A stretch of DNA of 64,000 bases from Vicugna vicugna (Eukaryota): NCBI GenBank assembly GCA_013265495.1, contig MU058451.1, positions 2,785,305-2,849,304 on the forward strand, written 5' to 3'. Every line of letters starts with the position of its first letter. Within the stretch, counting starts at the first letter, position 1. Positions 1 through 11,181 of the stretch are shown here, in pieces. A program made the position numbers and the translations under genes. The notes under the pieces were generated by a model that saw nothing but the letters and a program-made list of their open reading frames with translations, made no database searches and was not told the DNA's origin.

Positions 1-766
1 TCTATTCTACATTTTGAAATCCCAGTCTGTCCCTTCCCACCCCCCACCACCTTGGCAACCACAAGTTTGTATTCTATGTCTATGAGTCTGTTTCTGTTTT
101 GTATTTATGTTTTGTTTGTTTGTTTGTTTGTTTAGATTCTACATATGGGCAATCTCATATGGTATTTTTCTTTCACTTTCTGGCTTACTTCACTTAGACT
201 GACATTCTCCAGGAACATCCATGTTGCTGCAAATGGCGTTATGTTGTTGGTTTTTATGGCTGAATAGTAGTCTATTGTATAAATATACCACATCTTCTTT
301 ATCCAGTCATCTGTTGATGGACATTTAGGCTGTTTCCATGTCTTGGCTATTGTAAATAGTGCTGCTATGAACATTGGGGTGCAGGTGTCATTTTGAAGTA
401 GGGTTCCTTCTGGATATATGCCTAGGAGCAGGATTCCTGGGTCATATGGTAAGTCTATTCCTGGTCTTTTGAGGAATCTCCATACTGTTTTCCACAGTGG
501 CTGCACCAAACTGCATTCCCACCAGCAGTGTAGGAGGGTTCCCTTTTCTCCACAGCCTCTCCAGCATTTGTCATTTGTGGATTTTTGAATGATGGCCATT
601 CTCATTATAGTTTTGATTTGCATTTCTCTGATAATTAGTGATATTGAACATTTTTTCCTGTGCCTATTGATCATTTGTATGTCTTCCTTGGAGAATTGCT
701 TGTTTAGGTCTTCTGCCCATTTTTGGATTGGGTTGTTTGTTTTTTTCTTACTAAGTCATATGAGCG
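1..766 (-). mobile_element. Young LINE-1, 5'-truncated: ORF2 C-terminus plus part of the 3'UTR (continues off the window start)
   Basis: ORF 132..674 (-) translates to the L1 ORF2 C-terminus ([19 protein letters not shown]...[23 protein letters not shown]...[10 protein letters not shown]). Bases 1-510 are nearly identical to 45358-45891. Confidence 0.97.
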
Positions 767-953
767 GTTATTATTTTTAAATTAAGATATGTCCATTGCT
801 TTTCTAGACATAATGCTATTGCACATATTCTAGACTACTACTTCTGTATTGTAATATTGTAAATATAACTTTTATATGTGCTAGGAAACTGAAGAATTTG
901 TGTGACTTGCTTTGTTGTGGAACTGAACCCACAATAACTCTGAGGCACACCTA
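767..953 (+). mobile_element. Tigger1-like (TcMar) DNA transposon 3' end
   Basis: tagacataatgctattgcaca...aacttttatatgtgctaggaaac...ggaactgaacccacaataactctgaggcacacct matches the recalled Tigger1 terminus and is followed by TA. Confidence 0.8.
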
Positions 954-1049
954 TATTACAGTGTTTTATTCATTGGAGGGGATCAGATTATGGACATATA
1001 TGGACCTGGAGATTAGATGAGTTCCTCCCCGACCAGCTTCATCTTTTTC

Positions 1050-1450
1050 AATATAATGGAATTTTTGGTTTCAATATATTCAGTGTATGTTATTCAACTA
1101 TAATAGTAATTCTTGTTGATGCTTATATTATCGCTCTTAGGTCCTTTAAGATCCCCTTTAACTTACTGCTGTTATGATTCCATTAATCTTTGAAACTGTC
1201 CTTGGTTTTGAGTGCTACAAACACATCACAGGCTCAGCCTGTATCCTTCCCTCCCTCCTTCTGCAATCAGTTCTTTCTCCAAGGAGTCCTGATTTCCTTT
1301 CATGTGGAATGGTACTAGAGACTAAAATCAGTATACAGGTTGTTTTTTGCTTTCTTGCTGTTTTATGGCTACATTTTCAAAAATTAACGGTATTTTATAC
1401 AGCATGTTTTTCAGTTTGTTTTCAGAAGGAGTGTTGGTCTGGGTACTAGG
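1050..1450 (-). mobile_element. Old L1MC-type 3' fragment
   Basis: aatcagttctttctccaaggagtcctgatttcctttcatgtggaatggtactagagactaaaatc resembles the L1MC4-group 3' end. Confidence 0.55.
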
Positions 1451-1514
1451 GCACCATATTGCCAGAAATGAAAATTTCCTTACGGAATATCCACTATCAA
1501 GTATTTTACTACAC

Positions 1515-1690
1515 AAATGATTTATTCTCACATCAGTGAACTATGGTAGGACTCTTACAATCATGCTCATTTTAAAGGTGACAAGATGAGACTGAGAGAC
1601 TAAGTAACTTACCTCAGGTCACACAGTGAGGAAGCAGTCGGGTGGGCTTTGGAGCCAGACAGTTGGACTTAGGAATATAGGCTCAATACC
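1515..1690 (-). mobile_element. MIR SINE
   Basis: MIR core in antisense: catttta...gagactgagagactaagtaacttacctcaggtcacacag. Confidence 0.75.
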
Positions 1691-1999
1691 ATGATGCTGT
1701 AATGTTATCAGCCGCTCAGAAGTATTACTCATACGAGACTTGGCAGGAAGTAACTTACATGGCATTGATTGCCTTACAAAGACTTTTTTTTTGAGAAGCA
1801 AAGCTTATAAAATATGCAGAAACAGGGTTGGAAGAAACAGATAAAGATGTTTTTGTAGAATCAGAAAATCATCCTAAATAGTCCTTTCAGTATTTTATAT
1901 TGCTGACAGAGTTAACCCTTCAGTTGTGACCCTTCAACCAATCAGTCCTCCTCCGGCCACTCTCAGAATTGAACCTACCTGACTCCAGAATGTCTTCCG

Positions 2000-2800
2000 T
2001 AATAAATAAATTGACATATATAAGAGATGACATGAAACATTGATTTAGTTAGCAAGCATAATAATATGATGGATACTGTGTACCCACCACCCAATCCAAG
2101 AACTAGAATATTACCAAAAGCTTATATCTACCTTTCCCTGTCCTAATCCCCTACCTCTTATCTCTAGGCCCACTTTTTAAGTGAAATACGGTTTTAGCTC
2201 TAATATATGTCTGCTTAAGAACCATACTGTTCATCTTTGCTTGTTCTGAGCACTGTATAAATGATACATAGTCTTCTTTCACTTGCCTTTCCCTCATCAA
2301 CATTATGTTTCTAATATTTATCCATATTATATGTAGTTCATTTCTCTGCAATGTCATGTTGCATTGGGTGGACATACACAATTTATCTATCTGTTTTCCT
2401 GTTGGTGGCCTCTCGGGTTGTTGCTAGTTTTTTGCTATTGCAGACATTGTTATGATCTTATCTATGTCTCCGGTATACAAATGCCAAGTGCAAACATTTC
2501 TTTGGGCTGTACAGCTGGAAATGCAATTACTGGGTTGAAAGGTATGTGAGTGTTCAACTTGGCAAGATAATGCCAAACAAGTTTCCCAAGTAGTTGTGCC
2601 AGTTCACGCCCTAATAGGTGATCTTGTCAAACTTCTAAATTTTGCTAAACTAACAGGTATAAAATTGCATCATGTTGAAATCCTGGTTTGTTTTTCTATA
2701 AATCCTAATGAAATTAGCATTTTCATATTTTTATTGGCCATATATATTTCCTCTTCTCTGAGAAGCCTGCTTCTTGCAAATAATTTTTTCTATTACTATT
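2000..2800 (-). mobile_element. Old L1ME-type ORF2 end / 3'UTR fragment
   Basis: Degenerate L1 3' motifs: tttatctatctgttttcctgttggtgg..., aattactgggttgaaaggtatgtgag...tgccaaacaagtttcccaagtagttgtgccagtt. Confidence 0.7.
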
Positions 2801-3689
2801 TCTAATGGATGCATAATAATCCACCTTATGGTTAAAACATAATTTCATCAGTCCTCTGATGAATATTTTCCCAATATTTTGCTGTTAGTAATTCGATTGA
2901 CGTGATAAACATTCTGTGTACACCCAAGGCGATTTCTTTCAAGTAAATCTTAAAAATGGAGCAGGCTGATGAGGCAGATATGCTCGTTTTGAAAAGGTGT
3001 TGGTACACACTGACAATTTACCTTCTGAAATGGTGGCTGTGTACATGAAAGGGTTTTTCTTCTAAACCTGTGAAAAATCTAAGCAGCTTTATGGCCTTTG
3101 ATAAAGTCACTCTAAAACAGGGAAAGCCTGAAAATATAGAGAGGTTCTGGGAAAGCTGGAAAGGGATGAAGCCATGCTCCTGATGGCTCTTCTGAGAAAG
3201 GCGGGGAGCATGCATGAGTTTGGAGGTGCATGTGTGGGTGTATCAGTCCCGCTCCAGCCAGAGGAGCAGACCCACCAGCAGATGTACACAGAGATTTGGC
3301 GGTATGCAATCACAGCAGCTGGTTGAGTGGTCTCTGTAAGGCTGTTACCGTGTGTCTGTCTGATGCTGTAGCTTGTAGTCCATGGGGCAGGCGATCAGGA
3401 ATGGAAGATAGATGGAAAGATGGGGTGAGCAAGGGAGGCTGGACCCCACAAGCACGAGGGAGATGAGTGAGAGCCCACATGACAGGCGGAAACCCACATC
3501 AGTTCTTGTTTCCTCTCACCTTGGTGGCACGGGCATCCCGTGGAAACGTTTGTCAAGGATCTAAACACGTACACCTGGCTTAGAGGTCCGAGAACCTGAA
3601 GGCAGGAAGGCAAAGGTGGCGTATCGCAGATCCAGCTACTGCTTCCCACCAACAAGGTGAGTCGGCACGTTAGCAACCTTCATGCACGT

Positions 3690-3738
3690 TTGTGTGCGTG
3701 TGCGTGTGTGTGTGAAAGAGAGGGAGAGAGAGAGAGGG
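3690..3738. repeat. Compound (TG/CG)n(GA)n microsatellite
   Basis: tgtgtgcgtgtgcgtgtgtgtgtgaaagagagggagagagagagag read directly. Confidence 0.85.
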
Positions 3739-3774
3739 ACCAGGCAAGGGTTTACAGCTGCAGGCATGCAACAG

Positions 3775-3935
3775 TATAAAAGGTGCTTTCTCATACATTA
3801 TCCCGTTAAGTCTTCACAACAGCCCTGTGAAGCTGGAAGTGTAATCATTTCTAATTTACAGGTGAGTCAAATGAGACTCTGGAGGGAAAGTGGCTTGCTC
3901 AGTTATCCAGGGAGAGATGGAGTTGAGACTCTGTT
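3775..3935 (-). mobile_element. MIR SINE
   Basis: tcttcacaacagccctgtgaag...tttacaggtgagtcaaatgagactctggagggaaagtggcttgctc. Confidence 0.7.
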
Positions 3936-4339
3936 GGGTCAGTCGATTTTGACAGCTGTGACCAAGTGCTCCAGGACAGGTTTTAAATTCTAAATCATGC
4001 AGTTTCCCTCCAACCTGTGGTGGTTCAAGTTGGCTCTTGGTATTTTTAGGGTTAAGAGATCAATGAACATATTATAATTTACACATGACAATAGCTTTTA
4101 ATAGAAATCTAGACCTTTTTCATGGCTTATTTTGGTGATGTCAGCAATTTAATAGAAATATATATGAAATAGGTTAGCTTTTTTAGAAAATAAAGTGGAA
4201 GTGTTAAGTTATACTGTATTTATTATCTTTGATTTCTTTTGAGTTCAGTTGATCAGAAATTCCTTTCAGTGAAAATGGGAATGTTTGGCTCATAATTTCC
4301 ACTCTTGAGAAATAAATGTGGGGATACTGAAAAGAGTAT

Positions 4340-4460
4340 TTTATTCATTCATTTATTTACTTATGTAATTGACATTTAACATTATATGAGTTTCACGTGT
4401 ACAACATAATGATTCAATATTTGTATAAATTGCAAAATGACCACCACAATAAGTCTGGTT
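4340..4460 (-). mobile_element. Short L1 3' end with A-rich tail
   Basis: taattgacatttaacattatatgagtttcacgtgtacaacataatgattcaatatttgtata, preceded by a T-rich tract. Confidence 0.75.
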
Positions 4461-4471
4461 CACAGTATTTT

Positions 4472-4599
4472 TGTTTGTTTTATTTCCTTTGGTGGAGAGG
4501 TAATTAGGTTTATTTATTTAACAGAGCTACTGGGGATTCAACCCAGGATCCTGTGCATGCTAAGCATGCACTGTACCACTGAGCTATTCATGCCCCTGC
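4472..4599 (-). mobile_element. Vic-1-like tRNA-derived SINE (camelid)
   Basis: Antisense tRNA-like head (agctcagtggtacag...gggttgaatccccag). TSD ttcacagtatttt (4459-4471) / ttcgcagtatttt (4600-4612). Confidence 0.85.
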
Positions 4600-4650
4600 T
4601 TCGCAGTATTTTAAAACACGAAGTCAGTCCTGGTTTCTTTAACTAGTCAG

Positions 4651-5038
4651 TGGTATGGAATGGGAAGAGAACTATACAAATTGCATTCTCTAGAAGCAGG
4701 TACTGAGACCCAGTTTGCATGCAAGATGATTAATACGGATCAACACCTGTAAAGGAAGGTGTTGGGAAGCAGGGGGTGGTGGAAAAGACCCCCCAACACA
4801 GGCCTGGCAAAGCCTTGGCCAATCCAATGGGACTGTCTGGAGGGAATGTTGTCCATTAGAGTCGTCTGTCCCGGTGTCAGGCCAAGAAGCAGGGCCTTTA
4901 TGCCCTGCCTTGCGTGTGGGCTGCTCAGGCCAGAGTGAGACCTGGGTGAAGAGGCTTTTGGCGTCAACCTCATACTCTGCTGCCGGACTGCAGGTTCTCT
5001 TGGAGGGGATCTGGGTGGGGCACCTCCACGGCGCCACA
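4651..5038 (-). mobile_element. ERVL solo LTR, LTR16-like
   Basis: agaagcaggtactgagac...caacacctgtaaaggaagg...gggatctgggtggggcacctccacggcgccaca matches the recalled LTR16-group consensus. A similar copy lies at 60537-60911. Confidence 0.7.
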
Positions 5039-5048
5039 AGAATTGCTA

Positions 5049-5440
5049 CAGATTAAGAAAGATTTAAGGAACATTAACCAAATGCAAGAGAGTCTTGATT
5101 CCAAGGAACAACCATAATAAGACATTTTGAGACAATTAGAGGACTATAGACTGGGTGTCAAATGATAGTTAGGATTGATTATTCATTTTATGGGTTGTGA
5201 TAACGGTATTGTGGTTATAATAGAAAATGTCTTTATCTGTTAGTGGTATACCCTGATGTATTTATGGCTGTATAATTAGATGTCTAGAAAAACAATAAAA
5301 CAACACAAGTGGAAGGGTTATTGATGAAATAAGGATTATTGATAACCATGAAAGCAAGAGATGGGCTCACACAGGTATTTTATGGCATTCTGTCTATGTA
5401 TATATTTGAAGTTTTAAGCATAATAAAATTTTTTAAAAAC
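5049..5440 (+). mobile_element. Old L1ME/L1MC 3'UTR fragment
   Basis: cagattaagaaagatttaagg...aaccaaatgcaa...gacattttgagacaatt...tgtgataacggtattgtggttat. Confidence 0.65.
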
Positions 5441-5734
5441 CCATCAAAGATCATTTAAGAATAAGTACTTTTCCCTTGGTAAAAGAATTATCATCATAAT
5501 AGAGTGGGTCTATGTTATTGGGTGTTGCATATTCTAGAGCTAGACATATGAATCCAGAAAGAAGTCAAATTTGAGTATCATGTTGACCTGCCCTGTTCAG
5601 GAAGCAAAGCATCCTGTGGTGTCAGCCCATAGCTTTCAGTGGAGTCTCAGGATTGCCCTGTTAAGTGAGGCTAAATGAACAACTGAGAAAAGAGAGACTG
5701 AAATAATAGAAGGGCAGTAAGGCAGGGGAGAAAG

Positions 5735-5950
5735 GAAACTACTTAATTCTGAGAGCATCCAGCCACAGGCCTAGGTGCTTTCCACATATCATCTTACTAA
5801 ATTCTCACGATAACCACCCCATGCTACTTATTCAAGGCTTTCCAGATGATTCTCATTTTGCAAAGTAGAAAATTAAGACTCAGAAATGTGGGATGGGAGC
5901 TCATCCAAGTGCTGGAGTTGGGATTCAAAGTCAGGTGGTGTCCAGTTTCT
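5735..5950 (-). mobile_element. MIR SINE
   Basis: ctaggtgctttccacatatcatcttactaaattctcacgataacc...ctcattttgcaaagtagaaaattaagactcaga. Confidence 0.65.
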
Positions 5951-6326
5951 AGGCCCTTGCACTGGGCCACTGGAGTTCAGAGCTGGTCACTTCCCTGACA
6001 TCTGGCAGGACTCCTGGGGCAGCAGATTCTCCCTTCTGGAAAATGCAAGAAGTGCACATCCTCCCTTGGCCACTGGGCACACGCCCAGACCTTCCACAGC
6101 CTGGCATCTCATGCTCTCTGCTCATGACACTCCTGCCTTATTTCTGGAAAGTAGAAAAATTAGATAAGACAGAGAAAGATACTACTCTGAATCTTAATCA
6201 GAAGTTGTGAGGTTTCCCTCTTCCTTAGGGGCTTTTTCTGGCTTTTGTTCACTCATCTGCCCACCTTCAGCTAATGCCCTTTGTGATTTGTTGTCTGTCT
6301 GAAGCCGGTATACTTGGGGCTCCAAT

Positions 6327-6759
6327 TGTTACCGACCAGGGCTCTTGAATTCCTTATCAATAGAAATTGATAAGAGGCCAGAGGAGAAGTTCAGGTAAGG
6401 CTTTACTGGGACTCATCAGCATGAAGGAGCCATAAGTAACAGGTTCCCTTGCTCACTCCCTGAGTGGGCAGAGCTGGCCCTTAAAGGGGTGAGGAAGGGC
6501 CCATGGGTTGGGCCAGAGGAGGGGCCTTGGCGGTGCTGTGTGCAGGGGTCATGCACAGTACCCTGCTTTTGCTTCTTCCATACCTCAGAAGTAGCAGTTG
6601 GATTTTTGGTCTTTTTATATCTTATTGTTCATAATTTGCCCCAACTGCCCACGTATGCAGTTATTTTTAGTCCCTTATCGGTTCTTTGTATTCTGTTGCT
6701 GGGGGAAACGTTTATCCAGGTGCCAGCACTGCAGCAAAGGGTCCCAGGTCCCTGTCTCC
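6327..6759 (-). mobile_element. Solo ERV1-type LTR
   Basis: Starts TGTTACCGACCAGGG and ends ...CCTGTCTCC. Probable 4-bp TSD caat/cagt. Degenerate poly(A) signal on the - strand (ctttactgg on +). Confidence 0.65.
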
Positions 6760-6854
6760 CAGTGAAGATGTCTAACAACTCTCGGAGAGGGTCCTGGGAG
6801 AGTTTTATCACGAGATGGCAGTGGATGCTTAAGACAGAGCCTAAAAATTTATGG

Positions 6855-6877
6855 GGAAGGAGGAGGAGGAGGAGGAG
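6855..6877. repeat. (GGA)n microsatellite
   Basis: ggaaggaggaggaggaggaggag read directly. Confidence 0.85.
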
Positions 6878-6939
6878 CTGATTGATAGATACAAACAACC
6901 TTCGCTTTGCTAACTGGAGGCTGGTTTCTCCTATCCGGC

Positions 6940-7270
6940 CACTATTTCCGGCAAGCCAAGCCTTTGTAAGCAACAAGTTTCGCCTTCTGCAAAACCCACC
7001 AATCAGCATTCATTCTTCAGTATACCTTATCTGCATAACAACTGCCGTCCCCCGGACCTGAGTGAGAACTACGGGCGGGACCGTTCATCCCCGCCCCTCT
7101 CTGTTTCAGACACGCTCCTTTCACGTTCAGTATACCCACCAATCAAAACTTACCTCTCAGTACCCCTCATTTGCATAAGAACCCACCAATCAGCTCCCAC
7201 CCAAGGAGATAAATAACCAAGCCGCTACAAGGTGCTCGGGTTCCGGTTTAAGTGTGGGCTCCATTTTGGA
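6940..7270 (+). promoter_or_regulatory. CpG-retaining Pol II promoter: 3 CCAAT boxes, 2 GC boxes, octamer, TATA-like, ETS and YY1 motifs
   Basis: CCAAT at 6999, 7139 and 7186 (all CCACCAATCA); GGGCGG 7073; CCCCGCCCC 7089; ATTTGCAT 7169-7176; GATAAATA 7208-7215; TTCCGG 7241; CCATTTTG 7261. CpG density is visibly above the flanks. Confidence 0.7.
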
Positions 7271-7884
7271 GTATTTCCGAAGTTGGTCAAGTCCTTGTGG
7301 TTGAGCTGTCTCCTTTCTTTCTCTCTGACTGTGACACTTCTCCTACGTCCAGGCTGTGGAAAATGAAGGAGGGATAAAGGGAAAGAGTAAAATCAAGGCG
7401 CGTGAGCTGCTGCTTAAAGTTCACGACCAACATTCCAATAAGCAAGAAGAGATTGCGCCGGCGCACCAGAGATGAAGAAGGGAAGTGCATTTCTGCAGAG
7501 GACGTCGGGAGTGATCTTGCCGCTTGCTTCCAACCCCTGTGCCCAGCTCCAAACCGGAGCCCGCACCACCGCTCCCACTCCGGAAGGGCTTGCTGCAAGT
7601 TCTGTGCATAAGCCGCTCTGTGGTTAGCCTGTTGTACACTAGTTTATTCCCAAGGCCTCAGCGCCTCGTCAGAAGGTTTTTGTTTTTGCCCCTTACGGTC
7701 TTGGCTGGAGAACGCGTCAAGGAATCCAGGGAGGAGACCACCAGTAACAAACTGACACAAAGTACTTTTAGATAATTTTGCTGAGTTAGAGCGGTGCTAA
7801 GAATTAGGCTTATGAAATGCAGTTACGTGGCGGCACACATTCACTGAGAGAGAAACTGCAGTATGATCTGGAACTGAGGTTTAG
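7240..7884 (+). ncRNA. Candidate first exon of a + strand spliced transcript (no convincing CDS)
   Basis: Follows the TATA-like box, is CpG-rich, and ends at the perfect donor TAG|GTAAGT (7885-7890). The TSS position is inferred. Confidence 0.5.
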
Positions 7885-8331
7885 GTAAGTGTAGGTTTTC
7901 AGGATGTTGATACGAAAATCTTTCCACACGGGATACTCTACCTTATCCCCTATCACTCTGTCGCAGTTATGTTTATTCCTTTCACACTGCTGCTGATTTC
8001 ATGCTTCCCAACATTCCTCCAAAAAGCTCCTTATAGACTTTTTCCCTGTCTAGTTTAAAGAGGTAAACAGTTGATGGAAAAGGCTGGAGGTTCCCAGCAG
8101 GAAGTGCTGGGGCCCCACTTAGCTGATGTGGTTTCTGCTTCTCTTAGGACGGTAGCTCTTAGCTGCCCCCTGTGGGTGGAAGTGTGGTTTCCTTCAAGGT
8201 CCTTGAGTTCCGGACTCACCAGAGGGTGCCCGGCTCATGGGGTAGAGAAGAGTCAACCAGTTTAAAGTCGTAAAACACATCCCTTGGTTGCTAATTTTCT
8301 TACGTAGTTTTTTTGTGTGGTTTTCTTCCAG

Positions 8332-8540
8332 ATTGAGCCCAAGTTGATTGGCTTCAGCTTCCTGTTTCCTGCTTCCCTCGCACTGTATCTCCGGGTTTTT
8401 CCTTCTTGCTCACTTAATCATCTGTTATGTTGCTATGTACGAGGCTTCCTACTAGGACCCCGGAAGAGGAAAGTGAATAAAACGTGGTTCCCTGAACTTC
8501 AGCGCACAGTGAGCTGGGGGAGACAGAAATGTAACTCATG
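8332..8540 (+). ncRNA. Candidate internal exon
   Basis: Branch-like CTAAT at 8291, acceptor ttttcttccag, donor ATG|GTGAGT. An alternative AG lies at 8306-8307. Confidence 0.3.
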
Positions 8541-8949
8541 GTGAGTGACTCTTGTCTTAGCTTCGTCGTCTTTTATTTATGTATTTTTTTCCATTCAGTG
8601 CGACTGCATCAGTTTCCTGGCTGGGACATGTTCCTAAACTGGTTTTAGTTAATGTATAGATTATCTAGAAATGTAAGTCGTCATCATTATTAGTTAGTAT
8701 ACCCCGCGTCTGAAGCTTTTGAATGCCTCTAATTCGTAGAGCCCTTGGTTACCAATGAAATGTGTGTGGGAAACAGTAACCTTAAGGACCATTAGAAAGT
8801 TATTTTTAGATCATTCTGATTTTGAGTGTGTGTGATTTTTGTGTTATTTTTAAAAAACAAACCCTCCCATCTCAGATATTATACATATTTCACATGTGTA
8901 TATATATTTATAAATATCTATAAACATAAACGTATGTAAGTATATAAAT

Positions 8950-9640
8950 ATCACTATATATTTCTAAAAGATAAGGACTCTTTAAAAAGTAACCATAGTA
9001 CCATTATCACACCTAAAAATTGACCAGTAATTCCTTAATATCAAATATCCAGTCAAGTTTCACTGATTTTTATCATAAGCTTATAATTTTACAGCTGATG
9101 TGTTGGAATTAGGATCTTTTGGTAAGTCCATATGTCAAGGTGCCTCTTAAATCTCTTTTTTAATCTACAGTTTTCCCCTCATGTTCTTTATTTTTCCTTG
9201 CAATTTATTTGTTGAAGAAACTGAGTAATTTATCCAAGAGGGTTTTTCATAGCCTGGGTTTTGCCGATTGCTTCCCCTTGATATTTGATCTGTTCCTCGG
9301 TTCTCTGTATTTCCATAAAACTAGTAGTTAGAGCTAAAGGTCTGGACTTGAGTTTAAGGTAGAAATACCTCCTGAGTGATGGCACGTACACTGTGATCAG
9401 GAGACGCAAAATGCTTGCTTCTCTCTGTAACGTGAGCAGCCCTTGATGGTCGTTACCTCGACCCACTGGCTCGTAAGATGTTGCTAATGGTAATATTTAA
9501 TTCTATCATAACTTCTTATGGCTTAGATGGAATACTAAAGAGAAACTTTTCTCATTAACATTTGATTACCATGAAATGCAGTTTGTCCTGGAAAGGCAAA
9601 GTAAAGGCTTGATTCTTTTCTTCTATAAATAGTTTTTAAA
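8950..9640 (-). mobile_element. L1MC4-like 3' fragment
   Basis: ataaggactctttaaaaagtaaccatagtaccattatcacacctaaaaattgaccagtaattccttaatatcaaatatccagtc. Confidence 0.7.
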
Positions 9641-9919
9641 GGATGTAAACACTGAAGATTTCAGAGGCTGTAGGCCCCCTCACCCATCTAGTTTTCTCCT
9701 TCTTCCTTTGGTTCCTCTGAGATCTGGAGTTTTACTCATTCATATTCTCTCTTTCATCCAACTTTGTGGGCTTTGGAGAAAGAATTGTAAACTCATTCAC
9801 ACTAAAGTGCAAATGACTAATAACAGTTTACAGCATGACTTTTCCAGAGAGATTTTCTGTTGAACTTGCATCAACGTCTTAAATTAGAGAAATGAAATGA
9901 AGCTTCTTGGAGAAGACTA

Positions 9920-10130
9920 GCATTTGTATGCACTTAACTATTCTGTGTCGGCTGCCATAGTAAATGATTTACATGTGTTGTCTCGTTTAGCGCCCACAGT
10001 GGCCCTATGAGTAAGGTATTCGTTTTACCCCCATTTTACAGATGTGAAGAACAGGGCTCAGCTAAAAAGTGACGGAGGTGAACCTAAAGCCTGGGTAGTC
10101 TGGCTTGAAAGCCGGAGCTTTGAGCCTGCC
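9920..10130 (-). mobile_element. MIR SINE
   Basis: ccctatgagtaaggtattcgttttacccccattttacagatgtgaagaacagggctcag. Confidence 0.75.
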
Positions 10131-10379
10131 TTTAGATGTAATGTCAGGCATCTTGAATAGAAGAGGGGTAGGGGGAGAGGAGGGCTTCCCAAGCTTGAGA
10201 TCATCAGCCTGACAGATCTGTTACTTTACTGGGTCCATGTGTAAGGCAGAGCCTGGCAATCACCCACAAAACCAAAGATGTGCCTCCAGGGGTGTTAACT
10301 GTGGAACTGTTCCCAGCAGCAGTGATGTCTCTGCTCATCGGGATCCTGGTTACTTTCCCGGCTTCTCTTCCCTCTTCGT

Positions 10380-10740
10380 TCATGTGGTCCAGCCACACTG
10401 GCCTTTTTCCTGCTTCTCAAACATGCCAAGCTCCATTCATCGCCTGTTCTTTCCCTGGGTTTTTATAGCCTGGCTTCTTCTCCACATTTCGGTCTTAGCT
10501 TAAATGTCAGCCCCACAGAGACATTTCCCGGACCATCCTGTCTAAAGTAGCTACTCCCTACCTCCCAGTCACTCTCTTTCCCAGTTCTCAGTGTCTTTTC
10601 TCTTAATTACCACTTGAAACTATCTTCCCTCTTTCCCTATCAGAACATGGGGAGAACGTGGCCAGTTTTGTCCCCAGCTGGATCCTTGGAGCCTGGCACA
10701 TGATAGGCACTCAGAAAGCCTTTGTTGAATGAGTGAGTTG
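10380..10740 (+). mobile_element. L2 LINE 3' fragment
   Basis: cagccacactggcctttttcctgcttctcaaacatgccaag...gcctggcacatgataggcactcag...tttgttgaatgagtgag. Confidence 0.75.
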
Positions 10741-11070
10741 GTTCAGGCAGCCTGTGCTCGTGGCATCCTACGTGGTGGCCTGTCTTCCCACCCCAAATCC
10801 ATCATCATTGGTTCCAGTTAACCACAGGAACTGCCATAGCTGTTATAGTCTGCTCTTCCATCTAGAAAGTCAATGGTTTCTGCCTTCTGTATTTATAACC
10901 AACGCTTAACAAAAATGGCCAGACTTAGTTCCAGTTATAAATTTGGCTGAGGTCCAAGATGATTCATATTTTAACAAAAACCTGTTTGCTTAAGCTTCGT
11001 CTGTTTCCCCTGACACAGATTGTGCTGGGAAAAGGAAAGACGTGGGGGAACCTGTTTTTTGGCCACTTTT

Positions 11071-11181
11071 TTCCTTTTTTTTCTTTTTCCTTTTTCTTTT
11101 TCTTTCTTTCTTTCTTTCTTTTCTTTTTTTTTTTTTTTTAGCAGAGAAAGGTTTATTGCAGGACCAAGCAAGGAGAGGGTG
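11071..11181 (-). mobile_element. Retroposed 3' end of an LTR transcript (about 42 nt plus about 69 nt A-rich tail) with a 12-bp TSD
   Basis: The - strand reads CACCCTCTCCTTGCTTGGTCCTGC-AATAAA-CCTTTCTCTGCT-(A-rich tail). TSD ttggccactttt at 11059-11070 and 11182-11193. Confidence 0.8.

Noticed and set aside
132..674. 180-aa ORF as a host gene
   Set aside because: It is the C-terminus of a 5'-truncated L1 ORF2.
7169..7900. Histone H2B/H2A gene suggested by the octamer + CCAAT + TATA layout
   Set aside because: No histone ORF on either strand and no 3' stem-loop; a splice donor follows instead.
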